Shown piece after piece: positions 24,301-35,599 of a DNA stretch of 64,000 bases (within the stretch, counting starts at the first letter, position 1; the number at the start of each line of letters is the position of its first letter). Source of the DNA: Eledone cirrhosa (Eukaryota); contig OZ024740.1 of NCBI GenBank assembly GCA_964016885.1, positions 293,756,001 to 293,820,000 of the forward strand, given 5' to 3'. Position numbers and translations under genes: made by a program. The notes under the pieces are model-generated. The model made no database searches, was not told where the DNA came from, and saw only the letters and a list, made by a program, of their open reading frames with translations.

Positions 24301-24441
24301 TTGTTTGTTTGTTAATGGCAGCAATGGGAGTTTGTGCAGTGGGGTGATAGTGGAGGGTGGTGCTGGGTGATAGCTCGAATGTTTTTTTCCAGTTCTTTTG
24401 CCAGATTCATTATGGCTAAAAAAGAGGAAGAAGTATCCTGT
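21306..24441 (-). pseudogene. LINE ORF2: APE endonuclease plus reverse transcriptase (one frameshift near 23380)
   Basis: LTETHL, GLYRPP, MGDFNLP, LDLIF, LSDH (APE); NYRPISLTS, YLDFSKAFDRV, SGVPQGTVLGP, FADD (RT). Confidence 0.9.
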
Positions 24442-25488
24442 TTAGAAGACTGTTGGTGACTGTGGTAGTGGTTATTTTTATGTAGGTTATGGTTTTTGTT
24501 TTTGCTTTTATTTTTAATTTTATTTTCATTTATCCGACGGGTCCCCGGGAGATGGGTAAAGGGACAATCCCGGTCTAAACACAATCTGTCTCGCAGGGAA
24601 AAACGGCAGATTTGTGGATTCCTTGTTTGAGTTATTGGTGGTTGTGTTGGTGTTAAATTAGAGTATGTATTATGGTGGTGGCTGTTTGTGGGGATAGATC
24701 GTTTTGTCCTAGGTAAATGGGTGAATTTGCAGCCACTATCCGTACATATTCTATAGCGTAGAGAGTAGCGGCAAATGATGGGGTTTCGAGTGGGTGGGTA
24801 TGTGGGTGTGGGTGTTGTGAGAGGTGTAGATGATGGTTTGGGTAGGATTTGACGACCTTTGTGGACTGTGAGAGGGAGAGTTCTTGTTCTGGTATTAGAA
24901 GGTAAATTCCTTGACATAGCAGTAGACAAAAATGTTGTAGTAGTAGTAGTAGTAGTAGGCAGAGATGTTGGCAGTGGTGATGATTGGACTGCTGGGCCAG
25001 AGAAAGGATGTGGCGTTTCATGCTGTGAGACAGAGGCTACTGGGGGGGTCAATAGTTTCATTTAGTAGATCGGCCATTGTTGATGAATCAAGGAGTGGTT
25101 CACACTGTTGTTGTCGTTGTTGTTGTTGCTGTTGTTGATGTTGTTGTTGTAGCTGTTGTTGATGTTGTTGTTGTAGCTGTTGTTGTTGTTGTTGCTGTTG
25201 TAGCTGCTGTTGTTGTTGTTGCTGCTGCTGAACAGCATTCGAAGAGAAAACACACCGTAGTTTATCCAAATGTTTATTGATTAATTTAAAAGCAATTTCG
25301 ATTTGCTTTAATTTATTTTGAATCTGTTGTTCAGATCGAGTTTTCAAAAATTGAACTGTACGTTTAGCAATGTCGTTCAGAGATGAAGCATCTATATTTT
25401 CTGTTTGGGAAAGGCAATGCCATGTGTTTATTAGAATGTCGATTTCATTATCAGACCAGTTCTGTTTGGATTTTTGCTGGTTAGCCAT
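24312..25488 (-). pseudogene. LINE ORF1: Myb/SANT-like start, polyQ, two CCCH-type fingers (frameshift near 25062)
   Basis: WSDNEIDILINTW; Q-rich tract; CRYSLRYRICTDSGCKFTH and CRFSLRDRLCLDRDCPFTH. Confidence 0.7.
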
Positions 25489-25499
25489 TCTAGTTTTGA

Positions 25500-25969
25500 G
25501 TGTGTGTGTGTTTTAGTTAAGTATTTCAATATATATATATATTTTTTTTAATTTATTTTTGATTTATTTTTGTTTTTTGTTTTTCTTGTGTGTGGGTGAG
25601 AAGCGTATATATATAAATATGAGTATATATATATATATATGTATATTCTGGTTATTTGAAATTAATTAAGTTAATGAAAAGACGAAAGTATATAATAATA
25701 ATTTGTAGTTAAAGGAAAATGTACTCACAAGTTCGTGTGTGTGTGTTTTAGTTAAGTATTTCAATATATATATATTTTTTTTAAATTTATTTTTGATTTA
25801 TTTTTGTTTTTTGTTTTTCTTGTGTGTGAGTGAGAAGCGTATATATATAAATATGAGTATATATATATATATATGTATATTCTGGTTATTTGAAATTAAT
25901 TAAGTTAATGAAAAGACGAAAGTATATAATAATAATTTGTAGTTAAAGGAAAATGTACTCACAAGTTCG
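25500..25969. repeat. 234-bp tandem duplication in the LINE 5' UTR (a second ~51-bp duplication lies at 25981-26084)
   Basis: Units end in gtactcacaagttcg at 25735 and 25969. Confidence 0.9.
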
Positions 25970-26546
25970 AAAACACGTGGTTTCAAATATATAATAATAT
26001 AGATGTATGAAAAATGTATTAACCGGTCAATTTTCAAATATATAATAATATAGATGTATGAAAATGTATTAACCGGTCAATTTTTGTTTGTTTGGTTTTG
26101 TCTTGTGGTTTTGTTTTGTGGCTGTGTGACTTGCTGCTTACTCGGGGAGAGAAGTAAAAACACGTCCTTATACTTCAACTGCTCAACTGCTATATATATA
26201 TATATAGTGACGAAACATAAGTCAATTGCATGAACTAGTATTTTCTTTGACCTCATGCCCAGCTGTAGTCGGCACTATAAACGCATGACTGGGTCTCCTC
26301 CACTCCCTCTCCCTCTTTCTCCTACTGACAGGTTCAGCTACCCCTTCCCTCCACAAATTGCCATGATAGAATTATTATGTATCAACAACAACCTTTTGAC
26401 CAATCCTTGTGACAATCACTTTTACCATATATGGAATTACCCTTTGAGAAGCTCGGCTATTCAAATACCAGGATAAAAATTTTCATTTAGTCCAGAATAA
26501 GCCGTCGAAACGGCTTGAGCTCAGCCGTCGGGGTCCTACTCGTTCC

Positions 26547-26595
<49 letters not shown>

Positions 26596-26690
26596 GTATA
26601 TGTATGTGTATGTATGTATGTGTGTGTATATATATAAATATATACATATATGTATGCATATGTATATATATATGTATGTATATGTATGCT

Positions 26691-26723
<33 letters not shown>

Positions 26724-26929
26724 GAATGTGTATATATATATGTATGTATATGTATGCATATATATATATGTATGTATATGTATGCATATATATGTATATG
26801 TATGCATATATATATATATATGTATATATATATTTATGAATGTATATATATATATGTATGTATATGTATGTATATATATATATATAAATGTGTATATATA
26901 TATGTATTTGTATGTGTATATATATATGA

Positions 26930-26977
<48 letters not shown>

Positions 26978-26995
26978 GTATGTATATATATATGA

Positions 26996-27037
<42 letters not shown>

Positions 27038-27070
27038 GTATGTATATATGTATGTATATGTATGTATTCT

Positions 27071-27528
27071 TTTTTATAGTGAGCAAAGGCACTGCACAAA
27101 GCCAGTCCCACTCTCTTAACCAAGATGATATTTACCAAAAAGAATAACAAGTCAACATCATTGGATACCATCAGGGTTGCAGGTGTTATATCAGAGTTTT
27201 CCTTCTCCTAGAATTCTGCCTTGACAAAGGCTAACGGGTCATCTCTCCCGGTAATTTTGGATGGCCTTTGACTCTTAAGAGTCTTGACTATAAAAGCTTC
27301 AGGGCACAGGCATTGCTTTATATCTGGAGATCTCTCTGCACTTGTCGTTACATGGTACCATGGGCCCAGCACTATGTGTCAATAATTTTCACAAGTGTAG
27401 TGTCTGTACCAGAGTTTTCAAATCCCTGGCTGGACTAAAAAGTCACACTCGTTCAGCGCATCGGTAGGGGTTCTCCTACATGGATATAAAGTAGTGGCCG
27501 TACTCGAAAACGAGTTGGCAGCCACCAT
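27071..27528. mobile_element. Bipartite RTE-derived element with inverted 5' segment
   Basis: 27071-27283 is antisense and 27287-27528 sense relative to 4985-5568. Confidence 0.8.
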
Positions 27529-27566
27529 GTATATATATATACGTGTATGTATGTATATATATATAT

Positions 27567-27978
27567 CCGGGAGAGATGACCCCTTAGCCTTTGTCAAGGC
27601 AGAATTCTAGGAGAAGGAAAACTCTGATATAACACCTGCAACCCTTATGGTATCCAATGATGTTGACTTGTTCTTCTTTTTGGTAAATATCATCTTGGTT
27701 AAGAGGGTGGGACTGGCTTTGTGCAGTGCCTTTGCTCACTATAAAAGCTTCACGGCACAGGCATTGCTTTATATCTGGAGATCTCTCTGCACTTGTCGTC
27801 ACATGGTGCCATGGGCCCAGCGCTATGTGTCAATAATTTTCACAGGTGTAGTGTTTGTACCAGAGTTTTTAAGTCGCTGGCTGGACTAAAAAGTCACACT
27901 TGTTTAGCGCATCGGTAGGGTTTCTCCTACATGGATATAAAGTAGTGGCCGTACTCGAAAACGAGTTGGCAGCCACCA
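27567..27978 (+). mobile_element. Bipartite RTE-derived element, 5'-truncated
   Basis: High similarity to 5157-5568. Confidence 0.8.
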
Positions 27979-28139
27979 TATGTATGTATATATATATATA
28001 TATGTATATGTATGTATATATGTATGTATATGTATGTATATATATATATATGAATGTATATATATATATGTATGAATGTATATATATATATGTATATGTA
28101 TGTATATATATATATGAATGTATATATATATATGAATGT

Positions 28140-28500
28140 ATCGAAAAGTTGTGAGTTCAATTCTCAGACCGGATGATGTGTTGTTTCCTTGAACAAGACA
28201 CTTTATTTCACATTGCTCCAGTTTACTCAGCTGTAGAAATGAGATGATAGGACTGGGGTCCCTATCATTCCACTGCAAAGTGGACGTGGAGGTGCCACAG
28301 CAAAAAAGCACCCAGCCCACACTGTAAAGTGGATGTCTAGGCACCACGGAAAAAAAGCACCCAGCACTCACTGTAAATGAGGTTAGTGTTAGGAAGGGCA
28401 TCCAGCTGTAGAAATCAAGCTAGAATCAGTTCCCATCCCACCCTTGCAATCAGGGAAAAGTGGACGTAAAAATGATGAAGAGGATGATGATGATGATATA
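28140..28500 (+). mobile_element. CORE-like SINE with RTE-type (GAT)n tail
   Basis: B-box gagttcaattc; CORE-like ccttgaacaagacactt; ttaggaagggcatccagc; (GAT)n tail. Inverted copy at 52811-53120. Confidence 0.7.
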
Positions 28501-28509
28501 TACATATTG

Positions 28510-31348
28510 TGTCAGGTTGCTCTCGAGTGCTACATGTAACCCAGTACTACCTGTCTCATTGTCTGGTCATCAGCGACTAAACCGGCAACCCCACCAAGCA
28601 AGCTTGGTGAGGAGGGTCATATTTGGACACCCTGCGGGATGAAATACAAGACCTGGCAAAGGGAGGAGGAATACAGCAGAGTCAACGGCCATCCAAATAG
28701 TACTTTTTTTTTCTTTTTTACATGGGAGTGAAGGGCCCCCAGTTTTTGTCACAACATCTTTCTAGGAGAGGGAAACTCGGAAAAAAAAACCTGAGGCTTC
28801 GGAAGCACCCGATGATGTTGACCAGTTCTCCTTTTTGGGTAGTGTTTTTGATGCTCAGAGAGTGGGATGCTCAGAGAGTGGTCAAGTGCAAGGCCTTTTC
28901 CCACTTAAAAAAACCTTCAAAGCACAGGCATCGCTTGTTCAGGATCTGTTACAGGTTCGTGTGGCTGGCCGTAGCCTAAATGTGCACCAAAATCTATGAT
29001 GACAGATGATAACCTGAAGTCAATGGCAGTAAGGGTTCTGGGACTTATTGTGAAGGGGCTGGCCCGGCAGGTGTCCCATGGCACCGGAATGTGGGCCTGG
29101 TCATCATCCTACAACTGCAAAGGGTTCAAACCTCTGAATATTGGATGCTGGAATGTAAGAAATTTACTTGATTCCCAGTCCAGTGAAACTCGCCCTGAAA
29201 GAAGATCTGCTTTGGTGTCGAGGGAACTCAATAGCATGGACATCGTTGCTTTTTCAGAAATGAGATTGGCAGGTGAGGGTCAATTCACAGAACAGAAGGG
29301 AGGATATACCTTCTATTGGAGTGGTGGAGCAGAGGGTTGTAGGAGAGAGGCAGGGGTCGCATTTGCTGTCAGGAATGGAATCGTCTCAAAGCTGGAAAAT
29401 CTTCGTTGTGGATTCAATGATCGGATAATGTCCACGAGAGTCCCTCTGATTCAAAACTGCTTTGTGACTCTGGTCAGTGTGTACGCTCCTACCATGTGTG
29501 CCAGTGATGACAAAAAACTAAGTTTCTACATGTTTGTGAGAGAGGTCATCCATGGTGTACCTTATGCAGACAAGATTGTCATCCTTGGAGATTTTAATGC
29601 ACGCGTTGGTAATGACTGTGAAGCTTGGAGTCTGATGGGCAAGCATAGAATAGGTTAGTGCAATAACAATGGCCTACTTCTGTTGCAGATGTGCACTGAG
29701 ATGGATCTTGTTGGGAACATGCTCTTTCAGCAGAAAGACAAATATAAGACAACTTGGATGCATCCAGGTTCCAAGAAGTGGCACCTTATTGACTTTGTTT
29801 TAATGAGGAAACGTGATATCAGGGTCATACCAATAGAAAGCATAAAGTCTGGATCGGTGAAAATGATGCAGTGATCCACACCTTGCTTGAGGAGAAACAA
29901 AAACTGCTGACATCATTGTTGTGTAAGACACGTTCTGACTTTAGTGACCAGACCTTCAGGCAAATCAAGGCACGTGTGCAACATCGATTGAGAGTCATGC
30001 AAGATACTTGGTGGAGCCAAAAGGCTGATAAAATCCAGAAGGCCTCAGATAGACATGATACAAAGCTCTTATACAGTCTGCTCAGAGAGGTGTATGGTCC
30101 AACTGGTTCACAAATATCACCACTTCGCTCCAGGGATGGCAAGGAATTGCTCAGAGATCTGAAGGAAATCCTTATCAGGTGGCATGACCACTTTGATGAG
30201 CTTTTCAACAGACCATCAGAAATTGATGATGAGTTCATCCGGTCAATTCCATCCAAACCTACAAAGCTGGCAATGGCTGATCCTCTTTCATTTGATGAGG
30301 TGGCGAGGGCCATTGCCAAATTAAACAGCAGCAAGTAATCTGGAATGGATGGACTGAGTGCCAAGATTTTCAAGTGTGTTGGTGATAACTTCTTAAACCG
30401 CCTCACTGATCTCCTTGTGAATGTTTGGAATGAAGAAGATGTGCCACAGGACTGGAAAGATGCATTGATGGTGGTACTTTACAAAGGAAAGGGAGCCAAC
30501 GATAACTGTGGCAACTGCAGAGGTATCTCACTGTTATCTGTGGCTGGGAACATCTTGTGCAGGATTTTGTTGGACAGATTGATACAGCACATTGCTGTTG
30601 AGGTACTTTCTGAGTCCCAATGTCGCTTTAGGAATGGCAGAGGCACTGTTGACATGATCTCAGCCAAACAACTTCAAGAGAAATGCATTGAGCAGTGCAT
30701 GGACTTATACCAATTTTTTATAGATCTGACCGAGGCATTTGACACCGTTAATCGGAAGGTTTTGTGGGTTATTTTGGAGAGATTGGGCTATCCTGAAAAG
30801 TTTGTGAACATTCTGAAACTCTTCCACGATGACATGCAGGCATGGGTGAATGTTGGAGGTAAACTGTCTGAGCCAATCTCGGTTGAAAATGTTGTCAAGC
30901 AGGGTGATATACCTGCACCAACTTTGTTTTCCTTGTATTTCGCAATGGTGTATTTCATGGCATTCAGGGATTGTCAACACGGTATCTATTTCAAATATCG
31001 CACTTCTGGCAAGTTGTTTAACCTTAGGTGTCTCACTGCTAACACTAAGGTACTGAGTACCTTGATCAGAGAATTTTTATATGCAGATGATTGTGATCTC
31101 TTTGCACACTCCTAGAGTGACATGCAACACCTTATGAATTCTTTTTCCAATGCATGCAGTGCTTTGGGACTGACAATCGGTCTTTAAGAAGACTGTCGTC
31201 ATGTACCAACCTGCTCCGGATAAAGTTTTGAATGAACCCTCCATATACGGTCAAAAGCTGAAGGCTGCTGACACATTTGTGTATTTGGGGAGTACTCTGA
31301 GTGTGGCCTGCTCTCTGGATGCAGAAGTTGGTCTACATGTTAGTAAGC
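28510..31348 (+). mobile_element. RTE LINE with 5' UTR, APE and RT; decayed and 3'-truncated by a palindrome
   Basis: IGCWNVRNLLD, SVYAPT, LGDFNARVG, FIDLTEAFDTV, KQGD, LYADD. Homologous to 16250-20082. Confidence 0.9.
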
Positions 31349-31573
31349 TAATTTTACTGTAATGAGACTATTTTGAGTTTCTAACTCAATACATGCTTTT
31401 GATATATTCGGCTCCGTTAATTCGTAGAGCTATTTCAATTTTCGTGTAGACCTGGCTGCTAAATTTAGTGATGTGAGTCTGCGCGAAGCGCTAAGTTTGG
31501 AAACCATGTGCGTTACATATACACACACTATCCAGTTCTTTATTTTATTTAGAAGTGATCAGGATACTAATTC

Positions 31574-31658
31574 TTCACCCGCTGATGAGCCAAGAATTTG
31601 ATATACCTCTTCACAAATAATTTTGCGAAACAGTTCCATCAAAAACCGTCCTGGTGAA
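31574..31658 (+). ncRNA. Type I hammerhead ribozyme motif (left arm)
   Basis: ttcacccg-CTGATGA-gc...gc-GAAA-cagtt..aacc-GTC/ctggtgaa. Core intact; one mismatch each in stems I and III. Confidence 0.75.
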
Positions 31659-31868
31659 TGGTAGTTACCACAATACTGGTTTGTATTTATTTTTCTTGAT
31701 TTATTCTCTTAATTTGAGTCTAGCAAACCCTATTGTCTATAGTTAGTATTTTTTTCACCTTAGCGTTTCTGAAAAAAATACTAACTATAGACAATAGGGT
31801 TTGCTAGACTCAAATTAAGAGAATAAATCAAGAAAAATAAATACAAACCAGTATTGTGGTAACTACCA

Positions 31869-31953
31869 TTCACCAGGACGGTTTTTGATGGAACTGTTTC
31901 GCAAAATTATTTGTGAAGAGGTATATCAAATTCTTGGCTCATCAGCGGGTGAA
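31869..31953 (-). ncRNA. Type I hammerhead ribozyme motif (right arm, mirror copy)
   Basis: Exact reverse complement of 31574-31658. Confidence 0.7.
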
Positions 31954-34900
31954 GAATTAGTATCCTGATCACTTCTAAATAAAATAAAGAACTGGATAGT
32001 GTGTGTATATGTAACGCACATGGTTTCCAAACTTAGCGCTTCGCGCAGACTCACATCACTAAATTTAGCAGCCAGGTCTACACGAAAATTGAAATAGCTC
32101 TACGAATTAACGGAGCCGAATATATCAAAAGCATGTATTGAGTTAGAAACTCAAAATAGTCTCATTACAGTAAAATTAGCTTACTAACATGTAGACCAAC
32201 TTCTGCATCCAGAGTGTGTGTGTGTGAGTGAGTGTGTGTACATGTAACTATAAAATTATGTAGCTTCAATACAAATTATATATATATATATATACATACA
32301 TGCAAAGCTATTTTGACAACAGATAACTTTCAACTGGTTTTAATGCGTAAATGAATGGATTAATATGAGACAATCCCTACCTTAGAAATTTAGTAATAAC
32401 CCACGAACCCGTTGTCTTCCTGGTATTTGAAAGCAAAGAAAATTATAATACATATTTCTACAATCGAACAACACATTACCGAAGGTCCTACTTCAGTTTA
32501 TATAAGTCAGCAATTGATACGGGCTGAAGTTTTTGTTGTTACTTCTCCTTTAAGCAGACCTATGATTAAAGTTATTTCAACCTTTACCATCCTGGCTTTT
32601 AGGGATATCTAGGACTACATTATCCAATATATTTCTCTCTCCAGTTTTGAAACACTGATTTGATGATGGTTTGGCTGCTATTTATAGCAGGCAAATCACC
32701 TATGAAATCACCTAAAGAAATCACCTATGGGATGTTGGAACTACAGATAGTGATATGATATGCAGAGTGAGCAAGTGAGCTCTTCTTGATAAGTAGAGAG
32801 AGAAAAATAAATTGAAGATTTTGATGAAAGTAGACAGTAGCTCTGAAATCCCTGTTTTAATTGAATGGGTGGAGCCCTCTCAAGACTGGTTGGATTGGCT
32901 GGAGAAGTTTACTATCATTATGCTTCACATCATAGTCTTTAGAACACAAAATTTTACTGTGAACTGGATTTGACTGTACAACACAAGGTCCTCTTATTAT
33001 TAGTAAAGGGAATTTAACTTGTAATACAATTTCCTACTATATTCATATACATCTTCAACCAGAAATTTGTATCTCTTGGAAGTAATGGCCATATCTAGCC
33101 TTAAAATGCCCTGTTTAATTATTCCCATTAGATGTACATCTCCTTTATTGATGTTTATATTCAGGACTGCTCAGCTGTTAATGTATTTTGTTCTCCATCT
33201 TCTATGTTAAAATATCTTTTGAAAATCTATGTGTCCAAATTTCTTTTCTATTACTGTTTCCGTCCATTTCTCTATAGTGTATAATTCTCTATAGTGTATA
33301 ATACGATCAGCTGGCTTGTGAATTATGTTATCCACTTCTATGTGTATTGTTTACAATTTAAAAAAAAAATAATTTGAAATGATTTTATGTTAAACTTATA
33401 CATTCTAATTTTTGTGTCTCTTAATTTGAAAATCATACTACCACCTGCTTCTGTCTATTGTTCTCTCTATACGTTGTTTGAAAATAGTTGTAACTCCTTT
33501 TTTTAAATTTCCATTTTACTCTATCTGTACATGGAGATCTATTTTTATTATTTTCTTTCTATTTGTCATTTCTTTTTCATCTTACTGACAAAATTTGTTT
33601 ACTGCTATTAAATTGTTTTCCAATTTCTGTTTGCAAAGTGTAATTCCAAATTTAATATTTAGAATATTTTGATATTTTGATATCTGTTTATATATTCTGT
33701 ATATCTATTGAATTTATTCTTCATATTTCGACTGAAAAAAATCTCGGATTATAAAGTGACTGCAGAAGTTAAATGTTGGTTTGAAGAAAAAAAAATATTA
33801 AACATTAATACAATTGTGACAAAAGAGAATCCAAAGACTCAGTTTTCCTCAACATGTGGGTACTAATAATAAAGTGCAGTAATTTATAAAAGCTTACAAA
33901 GAAGTGCTTTTGGCTAGCTAGCAGTTGCTGAACTGAGAATGATATGTAAATGTAAAGGTACAAGGCTTTATACATATTAACACATGGAATTCCATTCTCA
34001 GATCACAGTTTCATTTCATCAGCTCTTGATCGGCTGCATACATCTTCATTGAGAACAAGAGATATGGAATGACTGTTAACAGTGTGGCTGCTTCAATAGA
34101 TGGAATTCATTAAAGTCTGCTGTTTGATATCATATATCAGAGTAGTCTTCATTGAAATTCCTAAGAATTATGTCACAACATAAAAATTTTATTTAGGATT
34201 ACAACAGGGTAGTAGGTAATCCAAAATTTCTCTCCATGACAGAAGACCTGCTTCCCATGTGCACAGACTGAAGCATAGATATAGTAGGCACCTCATAACC
34301 ACTAAATTCTCTCCCACATCCATACACCTCCCGCCACCTAACACCCACTCACATCTGATCACACCACCCTTACACTGTACAGTTGTCATGTTGCTATCAC
34401 TACAAAAAGCACCCACCAGTGGTAATGACAGCTTCACTTGGGGTAAGTTTTGAAAGAGTGTTCTGTTAGCTGTGCATAAGTTATGGATGTGTTGCTCATA
34501 GATATATTGACACAAGGATCAAAGCTATATTTAGTAAAAGGTATGTTCACTCCCTTTCTTCTCTGCTTGAAATATTTTTACTATAATAAAGAAAAGAGTG
34601 CGGGATTGGGTTCAGAATATATTTTTTTACCCCGTTTGTAAAATAAGTTGGATTACTTTGAATAAATAATGAATGAATATTACATAATTTATGTGCTAAA
34701 TTTCGTGGCTGTTGATTAAATATATTTTATAGCTTATTTAAAGACCTTTAAAATTCACTTCTTTAAAATTTTCAAATGTCAACACTTCCGGTTAGTGGCC
34801 GTTATATTATAACACTTATAATATCGCATATATTTCCATCGCTAATTTTCTCCTAATGCAGTTTATATATAATATCGTCTTTTTTTAAATGTATCATGGA

Positions 34901-35234
34901 TTACGTTACTGATTACATAAGACAGTGTAACATAGACTTCGTTCAATTTCTGTGTATATTATGTCAATTTCTGTGTCATACTGACGTTAAGGTATTGTTC
35001 TCAAAATAGACAATATCAAAATTTCATAGATTTGTTATGTGAGATAATTATGTAAGATAAAGCCTTTACCTTGAAAATAAAATAGTATATATAGAGTAAT
35101 GTAAATGCTAAAGGGTTAAGGAATTATATTCCGATTAGGGAGATGAAATATTTTGAAAATAAGCATAGAATGAAGGGAACTGACATACAATTGCAGAAAC
35201 ATAGAGCTTTAACTTCCCAAAATCTCTATACTAC

Positions 35235-35585
35235 CCTCATACTAGCAGATGACTTCAATGGGCATGTTGGACAGCTCCAGCATGGACACACCAGGATACA
35301 AGGTGGATATGGTTATGGCTTAAGAAATGAAGGAGGAGAGAGTCTTCTTGAATTTTGTGATGCAAGTGACTAACTCTTTGCAACACTAACTTCAGGAAAC
35401 CTGCCAATCACTTAATCACCTACCAATCAGGTGAGTACATAAGCCAGACAGACAGATGGTTACAAGTACTAAGACATTCCCTAGGGAAGAATGTACCCCC
35501 AACATAGGTTAGTTGTTAGTGACATCTCAATAAGCAAGAGTCAGCAGAATGAGACACACTGGAAGGACTGGAAGCTAAAGGACCT
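35235..35585 (+). mobile_element. APE endonuclease fragment of the PHD-RTE family
   Basis: DFNGHVG..GGYGYGLRNEGGESLLEFCD matches 55610-55980. Confidence 0.75.
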
Positions 35586-35599
35586 TTCACTTTTTTATA

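Larger units (their letters stand above)
21220..26191 (-). mobile_element. Near full-length two-ORF CR1-group LINE inserted in (TA)n
   Basis: 5' UTR ~25489-26191, ORF1, ORF2 (APE plus RT), short ttcaaagtta-type tail. One apparent frameshift in each ORF. Confidence 0.85.
31313..32214. repeat. Perfect inverted repeat: 445-bp arms, 12-nt spacer
   Basis: 31313-31757 is the reverse complement of 31770-32214; spacer ccttagcgtttc. Confidence 0.95.

Noticed and set aside
25018-25488. PolyQ ORF as a host transcription factor gene
   Set aside because: Contiguous with LINE ORF1/ORF2 on the same strand; better explained as the ORF1 N-terminus.
26487-27171. Long YI/HT/VC-rich ORFs (also near 4754-5114, 5494-5928, 20968-21421, 58744-59306)
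   Set aside because: Translations of (TA)n/(CA)n microsatellites.
28530-28700. HDV-like ribozyme in the RTE 5' UTR
   Set aside because: Plausible for the clade, but I could not assemble the nested double pseudoknot by eye.
34620-35119. piggyBac-like MITE ending in aaagggTTAA
   Set aside because: The matching left TIR/TTAA is too degenerate to support.
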